DNA from: Polyangiales bacterium | GTDB lineage: Bacteria; Myxococcota_A; Polyangia; Polyangiales; Polyangiaceae | Length of the DNA stretch: 64,000 bases | Assembly: GCA_038230375.1 (NCBI GenBank) | Contig: JBBRNJ010000004.1 | Location: 1 to 64,000, forward strand | Direction of reading: 5' to 3' | Shown: in pieces, positions 54,986 to 63,454 of the stretch | How positions within the stretch are numbered: the stretch's first letter is position 1 | Layout: each line of letters begins with the position of its first letter | Program-made: the position numbers and the translations under genes | The notes under the pieces: model-generated | Databases searched by the model: none | Told to the model about the DNA's origin: nothing | Seen by the model: the letters and a program-made list of their open reading frames with translations, nothing else

Positions 54986-55762
54986 ATGAAACTCGGAACT
55001 GCCTTCGGCTGCGCAACGCTCGCTCTCGCCTTCGTCTCCTCAGGATGCGGAGGCGACAAGAAGCCGGCAACCCCGCCGCCGAATGGCAGTGCCACGCCAC
55101 CCAACAACGGCATGCCCAACAACGGCGCGCCCAACAACGGCATGCCCAACAACGGCGCACCCAACAACGGCATGCCCAACAACGGCGCGCCCAACAACGG
55201 CATGCCCAACAACGGCGGCCCGAACAACCCGCCACCGCCGAACAACGGAGGTGCGTGGAACAACAACCCGCCGCCGCCCAACACGGGCGCGCCCAACAAT
55301 CCGCCGCCGCCCGCGAACACGGGCAACATGGCGCAGCAGATCGATCCGAACGTCGCGATGGTCGCGCAGACCGCGCTGGCAACATTCGCGAGCACCGCGC
55401 TGCAGCCGGGCATGGTCCGCGAGGGCAACACGCTCGCCGGCAACTTCACGCCGACCCAGACGCTGTCCATGCCGTTCACGATCGCGCCCGGCAAGTGCTA
55501 CTCGATTGTCGCCGCGGGCGTGGGCCCCGGGATGGAAGTGGACATCACGGCGCAGGCCTCGGGCCCCGTCGCGATCCCGGGCTTCAATCCGCAGTTCGGT
55601 GCGGCGAAGGGCAAGCCGAGCCCCACGGGCTCCACGGCCGTGCTCGGTGAGAAGGCGAACTGCATCAAGCTCGCGCTCTCGCCCATCCCGATCCAGGCGA
55701 CCTACGTCATCACCGTGAGCAAGGGCTCCGGCATGGTCGCAGCGCAGCTCTTCTCGAAGTGA
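54986..55762 (+). CDS. Paralogous lipoprotein with a (PNNGM/PNNGA)n spacer
   Basis: AAGGAG SD; lipobox SSGC; C-terminal domain nearly identical to that of the upstream gene. Confidence 0.85.
   Translation: MKLGTAFGCATLALAFVSSGCGGDKKPATPPPNGSATPPNNGMPNNGAPNNGMPNNGAPNNGMPNNGAPNNGMPNNGGPNNPPPPNNGGAWNNNPPPPNTGAPNNPPPPANTGNMAQQIDPNVAMVAQTALATFASTALQPGMVREGNTLAGNFTPTQTLSMPFTIAPGKCYSIVAAGVGPGMEVDITAQASGPVAIPGFNPQFGAAKGKPSPTGSTAVLGEKANCIKLALSPIPIQATYVITVSKGSGMVAAQLFSK
55100..55219 (+). repeat. 15-bp coding tandem repeat x8
   Basis: CCCAACAACGGC followed by ATG/GCR/GGC, with Met and Ala alternating. Confidence 0.95.
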
Positions 55763-56160
55763 GCGAACTTCCGGGGCAGAGCAGCATTCTCTTGCACGAG
55801 TCGCCACGCGCGGATGGCTCGTTCGAGCGCGTGATGCTCGAACACGGCGACGACGGACTCGCGCTCAAGGACGACGCGGGCGTGCATCCTCTTCCCGAGG
55901 GCGCGCTTGCGGCCGTCATGAAACGCTATGGAAAGCCGCTCGAAAGCGCACTGCCGAGGGGCGAGGAGGTGCTGACGATCGGTGAAGGCGAGCGGCTCGT
56001 TCGCTTCCGGCACAAGTCGATCTTCGACGTGATCGGCAAGGACTACATCGCGTACGAAGCGACGGGAGAAGAGACGCTGGCGGAGCTGGCAACAGCGGTG
56101 ACCGCAGCGCTGAGCCACCTCGCGAAGGCGTACCAGAAGACGAACGTAGCCCCGACGTAG
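55759..56160 (+). CDS. Hypothetical protein (133 aa)
   Basis: GTGA overlap with the upstream gene; normal amino-acid composition. Confidence 0.75.
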   Translation: MSELPGQSSILLHESPRADGSFERVMLEHGDDGLALKDDAGVHPLPEGALAAVMKRYGKPLESALPRGEEVLTIGEGERLVRFRHKSIFDVIGKDYIAYEATGEETLAELATAVTAALSHLAKAYQKTNVAPT

Positions 56161-56256
56161 ACCTCGACCTCGACCTCGACCTCGACCTCGACCTCGACCT
56201 CGACCTCGACCTCGACCTCGACCTCGACCTCGACCTCGACCTCGACCTCGACCTCG
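56161..56256 (+). repeat. Perfect intergenic (ACCTCG)16 array
   Basis: 16 exact units starting immediately after TAG, then about 3 degenerate units. Confidence 0.98.
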
Positions 56257-56326
56257 ACCTCCAACCTCCACCTGGGACGGCAGGGAAAAACGCAGCCTCG
56301 CGGAAGAGGTAGGGTATGCTGCCGGC

Positions 56327-57139
56327 ATGGCGACGACCCCCGCACACTCCGACCACGAGCTACTCACCGCGTTCGCATCCAAGGACTACGGCGTGTACTC
56401 GGCCGCCGAGGAGGAGCTCGAGGAATGGTTCGCGGCGAACCAGGCAGAAGGTCTCGCGCGCGCGACCGCGCTGTGTGAGCTTGCGCTGACGCCCACCTTC
56501 GCCACGAGCCGTGAGCGGGCCGGTTACTCCGCGCTGCCGCTTCTCGCGCGCGCGCTGCCAGCAGGGGGCGAGCTTCCGGCGAAGTGGGATCCGCTCGTGA
56601 CGGCGTTCGGCGCCGAGGACGATCTGCGGCTCGTGCTCCTGGCGATCCCGGCTGCGCGCCGCACGGCGATCCTCTCGCGCGAGATCAAGAAGGGCGAGGC
56701 GAACGCCATCGCGCGCATCGCGGAGGACCTCCTGGACCTCGCGCCGGAATGCACCACCGCGATCTTGGCGCACTTCGAGAAGCGCGGCGAGCTCGCCACG
56801 GCCCTGCGCTGGGCCGCACTCACGGACTGGGCGCAGAAACTCCCGCAGGTGTCGGCGATCTTGAAGGACCACGCGGGGCGCGCCGAGAAGGCCGCGCCGA
56901 AGAAGGCCGCGCCGAAGAAGGCCGCACCGAAGAAGGCTGCACCGAAGAAGGCCGCGCCGAAGAAGGCCGCACCGAAGAAGGCCGCACCGAAGAAGGCCGC
57001 ACCGAAGAAGGCCGCACCGAAGAAGGCCGCACCGAAGAAGGCCGCACCGAAGAAGAAGGCCGCACCGAAGAAGAAGGCCGCACCGAAGAAGGCCGTACCG
57101 AAGAAGGCTGCCAAGAAGCCCACGAAGAAGAAGCGCTGA
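56327..57139 (+). CDS. Helical protein with a histone-H1-like (PKKAA)n tail
   Basis: About 185-aa helical domain, then about 14 PKK(K)AA units (15-bp repeats, approx. 56888-57115). Confidence 0.8.
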   Translation: MATTPAHSDHELLTAFASKDYGVYSAAEEELEEWFAANQAEGLARATALCELALTPTFATSRERAGYSALPLLARALPAGGELPAKWDPLVTAFGAEDDLRLVLLAIPAARRTAILSREIKKGEANAIARIAEDLLDLAPECTTAILAHFEKRGELATALRWAALTDWAQKLPQVSAILKDHAGRAEKAAPKKAAPKKAAPKKAAPKKAAPKKAAPKKAAPKKAAPKKAAPKKAAPKKAAPKKKAAPKKKAAPKKAVPKKAAKKPTKKKR

Positions 57140-57146
57140 CGCGCGC

Positions 57147-57584
57147 TCAGTGCGGCGGAGGCACCGGCGTGTGGAACGACGCGGTGCAGTCCTTCTCCAC
57201 GTACGGAAAATCCACGACGTCGCCCTTCCAGCCGACAGCGGCCGCTGCTGCCTCGTGACGGCCACGGACCTCCCATGAGTGCGGCTCGGCGATCACGACA
57301 CCGAGCGTGCCGTCACCGAACTCGATGACCTGCGCGTCGGGGAACCGCTTCGTGATCTCATCCAGGAGCGCGCCCGGCGGCTGACCGGTGCCCCGGAAGC
57401 CGAGATACGTCATCGACCCACCCTTGCACGACGTGCTCTTCACGATCTTCGTCGTGGACGTCGCAACCACACTCGACGTGGCGCTCGGCGCGGCTGAGGG
57501 CGCCGCCTTCGGATCGGCAGACGTCTGCGCGCAGCCGACGACGACGAGGAGGACCGGGAAAAGGAGCATGAAGAAGCGGGGCAC
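57147..57584 (-). CDS. Hypothetical lipoprotein
   Basis: Lipobox VVGC. Confidence 0.7.
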   Translation of the reverse strand: MPRFFMLLFPVLLVVVGCAQTSADPKAAPSAAPSATSSVVATSTTKIVKSTSCKGGSMTYLGFRGTGQPPGALLDEITKRFPDAQVIEFGDGTLGVVIAEPHSWEVRGRHEAAAAAVGWKGDVVDFPYVEKDCTASFHTPVPPPH

Positions 57585-57659
57585 AACCGGGAGGGTAACA
57601 CGCGGCGCACAAACAAACCTGACATAAGGGTGACATATGGGCCCGGTAAGGTCACCGGA

Positions 57660-58475
57660 ATGAACGCTCTACACATCGACACGATCTCGACGAAAACCTC
57701 GACTTCGACCCCGACCCCGACCCCGACCTCGACCCCGACCCCGACCTCGACCTCGACCTCGACCCCTTCTCTCGTCCTTTGTGAGCTTGGGGCTTCGACG
57801 GAGCCTGGGCTCGAGTCTCATTCTCCTTTTTGCCTCAAGGTCCATCGTGCGCTCAAGGCGGCAGGGCTGTCGTACTCGTCGCGGCGAGGTGGGCGGCCGG
57901 CGGCGTTCGTGAAGCTCAATCCTCGGGCGCAGGTTCCGGTGCTGCTGGTGGACGGTCGGCCGATCGTCGACTCGTCCGCGATCCTCGCATACATCGTGGA
58001 CGCGCGACCGGGGACGATCTCGGCGACGGCCGAGGAGTGGCTCATCGAGGACTGGGCCGACACGTCCCTGAACGGGTTTCTCGTCGCGTCGCGATGGGCC
58101 GACGATCGCAACTGGGAGCGCGTGCGCCAGGCCTACTTCGGTGAGGCTCCGTGGTTCGTCCGCGCGCTCATCGTGCCGATGCTTCGCCGCAAGGTGATCT
58201 CCGCGCTCGTTGCGCGCGATGTGTGGCGCGGTGGCGCGGAGGCATGCTGGTCATCGTTCGAAAGAACACTGGACCGGCTCGACACGCGTGTGCGACGTCA
58301 TGAATTCTTCTCGGGACCGCGCCTCTCCGTCGCGGACCTGGGCATCTTCGGGCAGCTGCACGGACTGCGAAACGCGCTCACGCCGTGGCAACGCGATGCG
58401 ATCGCTGGGCGCCCCGGCCTTTTTCGGTACCTGGAACGAGTTCACGCGGCGACACATGAAAGTGCCGCCGCGTGA
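57660..58475 (+). CDS. Glutathione S-transferase-family protein
   Basis: SPFCLKVHRAL, NPRAQVPVL, DSSAILAYI, LSVADLGIFGQL. N-terminal Thr/Ser/Pro insert. Confidence 0.88.
   Translation: MNALHIDTISTKTSTSTPTPTPTSTPTPTSTSTSTPSLVLCELGASTEPGLESHSPFCLKVHRALKAAGLSYSSRRGGRPAAFVKLNPRAQVPVLLVDGRPIVDSSAILAYIVDARPGTISATAEEWLIEDWADTSLNGFLVASRWADDRNWERVRQAYFGEAPWFVRALIVPMLRRKVISALVARDVWRGGAEACWSSFERTLDRLDTRVRRHEFFSGPRLSVADLGIFGQLHGLRNALTPWQRDAIAGRPGLFRYLERVHAATHESAAA
57696..57767 (+). repeat. ACCTCG-family array x12 (coding, N-terminus of the GST)
   Basis: ACCTCG/ACCCCG/ACTTCG units in the Thr frame. Confidence 0.92.
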
Positions 58476-58517
58476 CCACCCGCGCCTGGTCCCCCTTCGG
58501 GGATCACGAAGCGTCGC

Positions 58518-61166
58518 TCAGGGGAAGGTCACCGGGCAGAGCTGCGCAGAGAGCGCACCCGACGCCGGGACCGGAATCACGGGCTCGGCCGCGTCGATCG
58601 AGAGGAGGTACTGCACGAGCTGGCTCGTATGCGTCGCGCGGTCCGCCGCCGAGTCACCGACCAGGAAGTTCGGATCGATGACGGCGTGGTGCTTCGCGAA
58701 GCCGTTGGCGAGCGTCGCCTCGAGCGTCGCAGCTTGTCCTGCGTGGAAGTACGGCGCGCCTACGGAGAGCCCGAGGAGCGACGGCGAGTTGTACCCGTTC
58801 GTGTCTCCCGCGCCGCCCTGGGCCACGGCGCCAGCGTTGTTGAGCTCCGCGATGCCCATGAAGCCGTCGTCCAGACCGAACGTGTCGACCTTGCGGAGCG
58901 AACACTGGATCGAGTCGTTCGTGCCGACGGTTCCGGTTCGCAGCGTGTGCGTGACGGCGGGATCGAACTCCGTCGGGAAGACCGCGAGCGCGGGGATCGC
59001 GTATGCTGCTGCGCCGAGCGCATCCGTGCTCGCAGTGGTGGGCGCATAGAACCGCTTCGACACGGTCCACTTGTCGTCGCCGCCGTGGCAGCCCTGACAA
59101 CGGTTGGTGGTGAACTCGACCTTGCCCGCGGCGACCGCGGCGGCGTCCAGGTTGGTGGGGCGCTTGGGCGAACGGATCTGCTGCACGTACGCCGTGATCT
59201 GGAGCCAGTCGGGGCGCGAGCCGGCCGTGGCGAGCCCTTGCGGGTTCGACGGATCGCTCATCGCAAGAGACGAGCCCTCGAGGCCGAAGTTGTTCGTCGT
59301 GTTGTTCGGCGCGATGGGCGTGTCGGTGCCGTCCGTGATGGCGCCCTTGCCGCCGGAGATCCCCCGGGTGTTGCCCTCGAAGTCCGCGACCTCATCGAAG
59401 ACGGCCGTCCAGTTGAAGACGCGCTGATTGGTGGGGTCGGTCTTGGAGAAGCTTCCGTCCAGGCTGACCGACTGACGCGGGCCTCGGCCAAACTTCCAGG
59501 TGATGTTGTCCGACAGGCCGTCCATGTGACACGACTGGCATGCCTGCCACGCCTGACCGTTGCGCGACCAGCGCGCGACGCCAGTGTTGAAGAGGCGACG
59601 TCCCGCAAGGACCTTCGCTTCGGGTGTTCCCGCAGTAGGCGGAGCGGTGGACGAGACCACCAGCGTACCCGCGCCGCCGTCCGCCGCGCTGATGCCGGCG
59701 ATGTCCTGCGTCTGCAGATCGAGGACCGAGATGTTGCGCGACACGTCGTTCGCGACGAACGCGAACTGCTCGCGACCGCCGGCGCTGTTGGGCGTGACGA
59801 TGCCGGTCGGGTTCTTGCCCTGATGCGCAGCGTCCAGCACGGCGCCCTTGCCGTTCAGGAGATCGATGAACGGGCGACCCTTGTCGGTGCCCACGGCGGT
59901 GATGGCGCCGGTCCCATCGTAGACCGTGCGGAACACCGCGTCCGCCGCGTTGGCGGCAAGGTAACCGACCGTCTTGCCAGGAACGAACGCGAGGTCCGAC
60001 GGCACCGACGGGTAACGCCGCGTGGCGTCGTCCGCGAACGTGTTCGTGGTGTAGAACGACTCGAACTGCTGCATGAGGCTCTTGCTGCCCGCGGTGACCT
60101 CGGCCCCCGCAGCAATGTCGACAACAGACACCGCGCCGTGCGTGTCCGCGACCGGATTCAGCGGACCGTTCGGTGACGCGCACACGCTGGTGATGTACGC
60201 GATCGTGCCGTTGATGGTCACGGACTGGAGCTGGTTGGGGAAGCAGCCCGCGTTCGCGTCCGCCACGCTGATGCCCGTGAGCGGCGCGAGGGTGACGAGC
60301 GTCACGGATTTGTCCGACAGCTTCACGGAGTAGACAACGCCTTGCTTGGCAGCATCCGCGTTGCTGAAATCGGCGGCGAGCGCGTCCTTGCGCTGCGCGT
60401 AGTACTCCGTGATGATCATCGTCTCGTCGGTGTCGACCTTGTCGCCGTTGTTCGTGATGGCGATGGAGCGCGGGTGCGCGAGCGACGCACGCGTGGTGAC
60501 GGCGGCGCCCAGCATGCCGGACTTGGCGAGCGCGTCGTTCAGATCGACCGTGGAGGTCGTCATCATGCCGGCCGTGTCCACGCCCTGTGCCGTGCCGTCG
60601 ACCCAGTTGGCGACCCACGCGGTGGCGCCGGTGGGCGACAGCGCGACGGAGGTGGGCTCCGCACCCGTGGCAACGCTACGGCCCTTTGCCGGCGCGGCGG
60701 TGTCGAGGCCAGTGATCTCGACCAGCTTCTGATCCTTGCGCGTGACCACGTACGCGGTCTTTCCGCTCGGCGCGACCGCGACTTGCCACGGCTCTGCGCC
60801 AACAGCGACCTCTCCCTTCTTGGTCAGGGTCGGAGGGCTGGTTCCGTTGAACACGACCGAGAACACGGACACGGTGCCGGCGTCGCGGTTGCACACGACG
60901 AGCGTGGAGTCATCCGCGGAGAGCGCGATCGACGAGCCACGCGTGGGGCCGGGCGACACGCTGATCACGGGCGTGCTGCCGTCCTTGGCTCCGCCATCCA
61001 CGGTGCCGACGTTGGCGTCTGTCCCGCCGCCTTCCTTCAAGCCGCCGTCGCTATTCGCGTTGGTGGAGTCGTCGCCACCGCAGCCCTGGACCCAGGCGGA
61101 AAGCCCGCCCACCAGAACCAATCCAAAAACCATGCCCATAGACCGCGTCGCGCGAAGCTGTCGCAT
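58518..61166 (-). CDS. YVTN/YncE beta-propeller lipoprotein with a diheme (CcP/MauG-like) C-terminal domain
   Basis: Lipobox VQGC; VGAEPWQVAV repeats; GRRLF...CQSCH...GPRQSVSL...CQGCH...PSLLGL...APYFHAG. Confidence 0.88.
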   Translation of the reverse strand: MRQLRATRSMGMVFGLVLVGGLSAWVQGCGGDDSTNANSDGGLKEGGGTDANVGTVDGGAKDGSTPVISVSPGPTRGSSIALSADDSTLVVCNRDAGTVSVFSVVFNGTSPPTLTKKGEVAVGAEPWQVAVAPSGKTAYVVTRKDQKLVEITGLDTAAPAKGRSVATGAEPTSVALSPTGATAWVANWVDGTAQGVDTAGMMTTSTVDLNDALAKSGMLGAAVTTRASLAHPRSIAITNNGDKVDTDETMIITEYYAQRKDALAADFSNADAAKQGVVYSVKLSDKSVTLVTLAPLTGISVADANAGCFPNQLQSVTINGTIAYITSVCASPNGPLNPVADTHGAVSVVDIAAGAEVTAGSKSLMQQFESFYTTNTFADDATRRYPSVPSDLAFVPGKTVGYLAANAADAVFRTVYDGTGAITAVGTDKGRPFIDLLNGKGAVLDAAHQGKNPTGIVTPNSAGGREQFAFVANDVSRNISVLDLQTQDIAGISAADGGAGTLVVSSTAPPTAGTPEAKVLAGRRLFNTGVARWSRNGQAWQACQSCHMDGLSDNITWKFGRGPRQSVSLDGSFSKTDPTNQRVFNWTAVFDEVADFEGNTRGISGGKGAITDGTDTPIAPNNTTNNFGLEGSSLAMSDPSNPQGLATAGSRPDWLQITAYVQQIRSPKRPTNLDAAAVAAGKVEFTTNRCQGCHGGDDKWTVSKRFYAPTTASTDALGAAAYAIPALAVFPTEFDPAVTHTLRTGTVGTNDSIQCSLRKVDTFGLDDGFMGIAELNNAGAVAQGGAGDTNGYNSPSLLGLSVGAPYFHAGQAATLEATLANGFAKHHAVIDPNFLVGDSAADRATHTSQLVQYLLSIDAAEPVIPVPASGALSAQLCPVTFP

Positions 61167-61273
61167 TCTCGTCCCTCTCCTTTGTGAAGTGCGCGCTGCT
61201 CACCCCGTCCCGCGCGTTCCATCACCGTAGTGATGCGCTGCCTTCGAGAACACTAGATTCTCGCGATGTTGGG

Positions 61274-61290
61274 CATAGGCCCCCGCTATG
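61274..61290. promoter_or_regulatory. LysR-type recognition box
   Basis: CATAG-N7-CTATG, a T-N11-A dyad between the LysR gene and the divergent cytochrome gene. Confidence 0.7.
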
Positions 61291-61348
61291 GCCCTCGGTC
61301 CATCTGCAATTCTCGTGGGTTGCCGATATGCTGGTCACTGCCGCGACC

Positions 61349-62299
61349 ATGCTCGACCTCACCCACCTTCGCTACTTCCACGCGATCGCCGAGAGCGGGA
61401 GCATGACCGCCGCCGCGAAGGCCGTGGGCGTGTCGCAGCCCACGTTGACGGTCGCGATGCAGAACCTGGAGGATCGCCTCAAGACCACGCTCTTCCTGCG
61501 CGAGCGCACCGGTGTGCGCCTCACGGCGACGGGCGAGGAGCTCTTCAGGCACGTGGAGCAGGTCTTCGAGATGCTCGCGGGCGCAGAGCGACGCATCAGC
61601 GGAATGGAGAACGAGGACGAAGGCAGCTTCGTCGTTGCATGCCACGAGTCGCTCGGCGCCTACTTCCTTCCGGCGTTCATGCAGCAGATGTTGCGCCAGC
61701 ATCCGAGCATCGAGATCCTCATCGCGAACGCGCCGTCGTCGCGCGTGGAGGAGTCCGTCATTGCGCGCACCGCGGACTTCGGCCTGGTCGTGAACGCGAA
61801 CCCGCATCCCGACCTGGTCATCGTGAACCTATTTCACGACGCGATGGACGTGATGATCGCGCTGGATGCGCCGCCGCCTTCGCGTCCGGTCCAGCCGCGA
61901 AGAGACTCGATGCCGCCGGACACCGTCGTGGACCCCAGCCTCTACGAGGCAACCGTGCGCCTGCGTACGGGACCGCTCATCTACGCAGGCCGCGTTCCGC
62001 AGTGCCAGGAGCTGGTAGCGCAGCTCGAAGCGCTCGGACTTCAGTCTGCGCGGCGCCTGGTGTGCGGCGATCTCGAGATGGTGAAGAGCCTCGCGCTTGC
62101 GGGCATCGGTGTCGCGCTCATCCCGCGCCGCGTGGCCGCGTACAATCACGAAGGTCGCCTCGTGCGGTTGCATCGCACGTTGCCGTCGATCCCGGATGTC
62201 ATCAGCCTGATCTACCGCGCGGACTCGCACCGCACACGCGCGGCCACGCTCGTGAAGGACGCGCTGGTCGACTACGGGCGCTCCCTGGACCAGAAGTAG
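61349..62299 (+). CDS. LysR-family transcriptional regulator
   Basis: LRYFHAIAESGSMTAAAKAVGVSQPTLT...LEDRLKTTLFLR...GVRLTATG. Confidence 0.95.
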   Translation: MLDLTHLRYFHAIAESGSMTAAAKAVGVSQPTLTVAMQNLEDRLKTTLFLRERTGVRLTATGEELFRHVEQVFEMLAGAERRISGMENEDEGSFVVACHESLGAYFLPAFMQQMLRQHPSIEILIANAPSSRVEESVIARTADFGLVVNANPHPDLVIVNLFHDAMDVMIALDAPPPSRPVQPRRDSMPPDTVVDPSLYEATVRLRTGPLIYAGRVPQCQELVAQLEALGLQSARRLVCGDLEMVKSLALAGIGVALIPRRVAAYNHEGRLVRLHRTLPSIPDVISLIYRADSHRTRAATLVKDALVDYGRSLDQK

Positions 62300-62301
62300 G
62301 G

Positions 62302-63366
62302 TCAGCGCTTCCTGGAGAGCCACACGTCGAAGTCACCCGCGGTGGAGCCCGCGCGCGTGGTGAAGTAGAAGCGGCACTCGTCCGGGGAGATGAAGCCGGG
62401 ACGGTCATCGAGCAGCGTGCTCAACTGCGTGACGGTGACGGGCGCGCCGAACGTGCCGCCCGAATTGCCGCGCTCGACCATCCAGATGTCGTCTTCACCC
62501 GTGACGGCGCCACCTGCGGGCGCCCCGTAGAAGAGCCTGGTGCCCGCGGCGTTCATGACCGGGAAGTTGACGGAGGCGCCCGCCGCGGCAAGACCGGTGA
62601 TTGGCTTGACCGTGCCGAAGACGCCGGGGCTCATCTTGGATGCCTGGTAGAGCGCGAACACGCCCGCGGTGGTGCGGTCGGACACGAAGTAGAGCGTGTC
62701 GCCGTCTGCAGAGATGAACGGCTGAATCTCGTTGGCAGCCGTGTTCACGCCAGCGATGGGCGTGGGGCCGACCCACGGGCTGGACGCGGAGCCACGCACG
62801 TATGTGTAGAGGTTGAACGTCAGATCCGCAGCTGCATCCGCGTTGTTGACGCCCCCTTCCGGTGCGGCGCCGCCGTCCACGCCATTGCGATACTGCAGGT
62901 ACATCGTCAGCCCATCCGCGGAGACGTTGGGCAGCATGCCGCCGTTGGCCGTAGACAGGATGTCGGTCACGCGTGTGTCGGTCGGGAAGCTGCTCGACGC
63001 GTCGCGGACGGACTCGTACACGCCGATGTCGTTTCCGGAGCCGCGGGACAGGAAGAGGGTGAACACGTCACTCGTGAGGGTCACGTTGAACTCGTTGAAC
63101 GTCGTGCTGACCCCCTGCACGGGGCCGACGTTGCCGGTCGACTGCGGCCACGGCAGCTGCGCGCATGGTGTCAGAACGCTGCCGTCAGTGCTCGCGTCGA
63201 TCGGGGTCTTCGAGCCGTCGATGTCGTTGGCGATCGCATCCCCGCCAACACCGCCATCCGTACTGGTGGACGGCGTGGACGAATCGCCGACGCACGCGAC
63301 GCAGATGCCTGCGGTGGCGAGCGCAAGACCCACGACGCCAAGCGCAAGACGAGCCCCTACCCTCAT
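62302..63366 (-). CDS. Exported PD40/TolB-like beta-propeller lipoprotein
   Basis: Lipobox-like CVAC; repeats PFISADGDTLYFVSDR, PNVSADGLTMY and ISPDECRFYF. Confidence 0.85.
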   Translation of the reverse strand: MRVGARLALGVVGLALATAGICVACVGDSSTPSTSTDGGVGGDAIANDIDGSKTPIDASTDGSVLTPCAQLPWPQSTGNVGPVQGVSTTFNEFNVTLTSDVFTLFLSRGSGNDIGVYESVRDASSSFPTDTRVTDILSTANGGMLPNVSADGLTMYLQYRNGVDGGAAPEGGVNNADAAADLTFNLYTYVRGSASSPWVGPTPIAGVNTAANEIQPFISADGDTLYFVSDRTTAGVFALYQASKMSPGVFGTVKPITGLAAAGASVNFPVMNAAGTRLFYGAPAGGAVTGEDDIWMVERGNSGGTFGAPVTVTQLSTLLDDRPGFISPDECRFYFTTRAGSTAGDFDVWLSRKR

Positions 63367-63454
63367 GCGGTGAAAATAGCATCGCGGCGCCCGCGCCGTG
63401 CGCAAATCGACCTTACAAATGCACGCGTTCGGGGTAGATGGGAGCCAAGTAGCC

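Noticed and set aside
54540..55762. Diversity-generating retroelement TR/VR pair in the duplicated lipoprotein 3' ends
   Set aside because: Both copies are coding, mismatches are not confined to adenines, and no RT or Avd gene is present.
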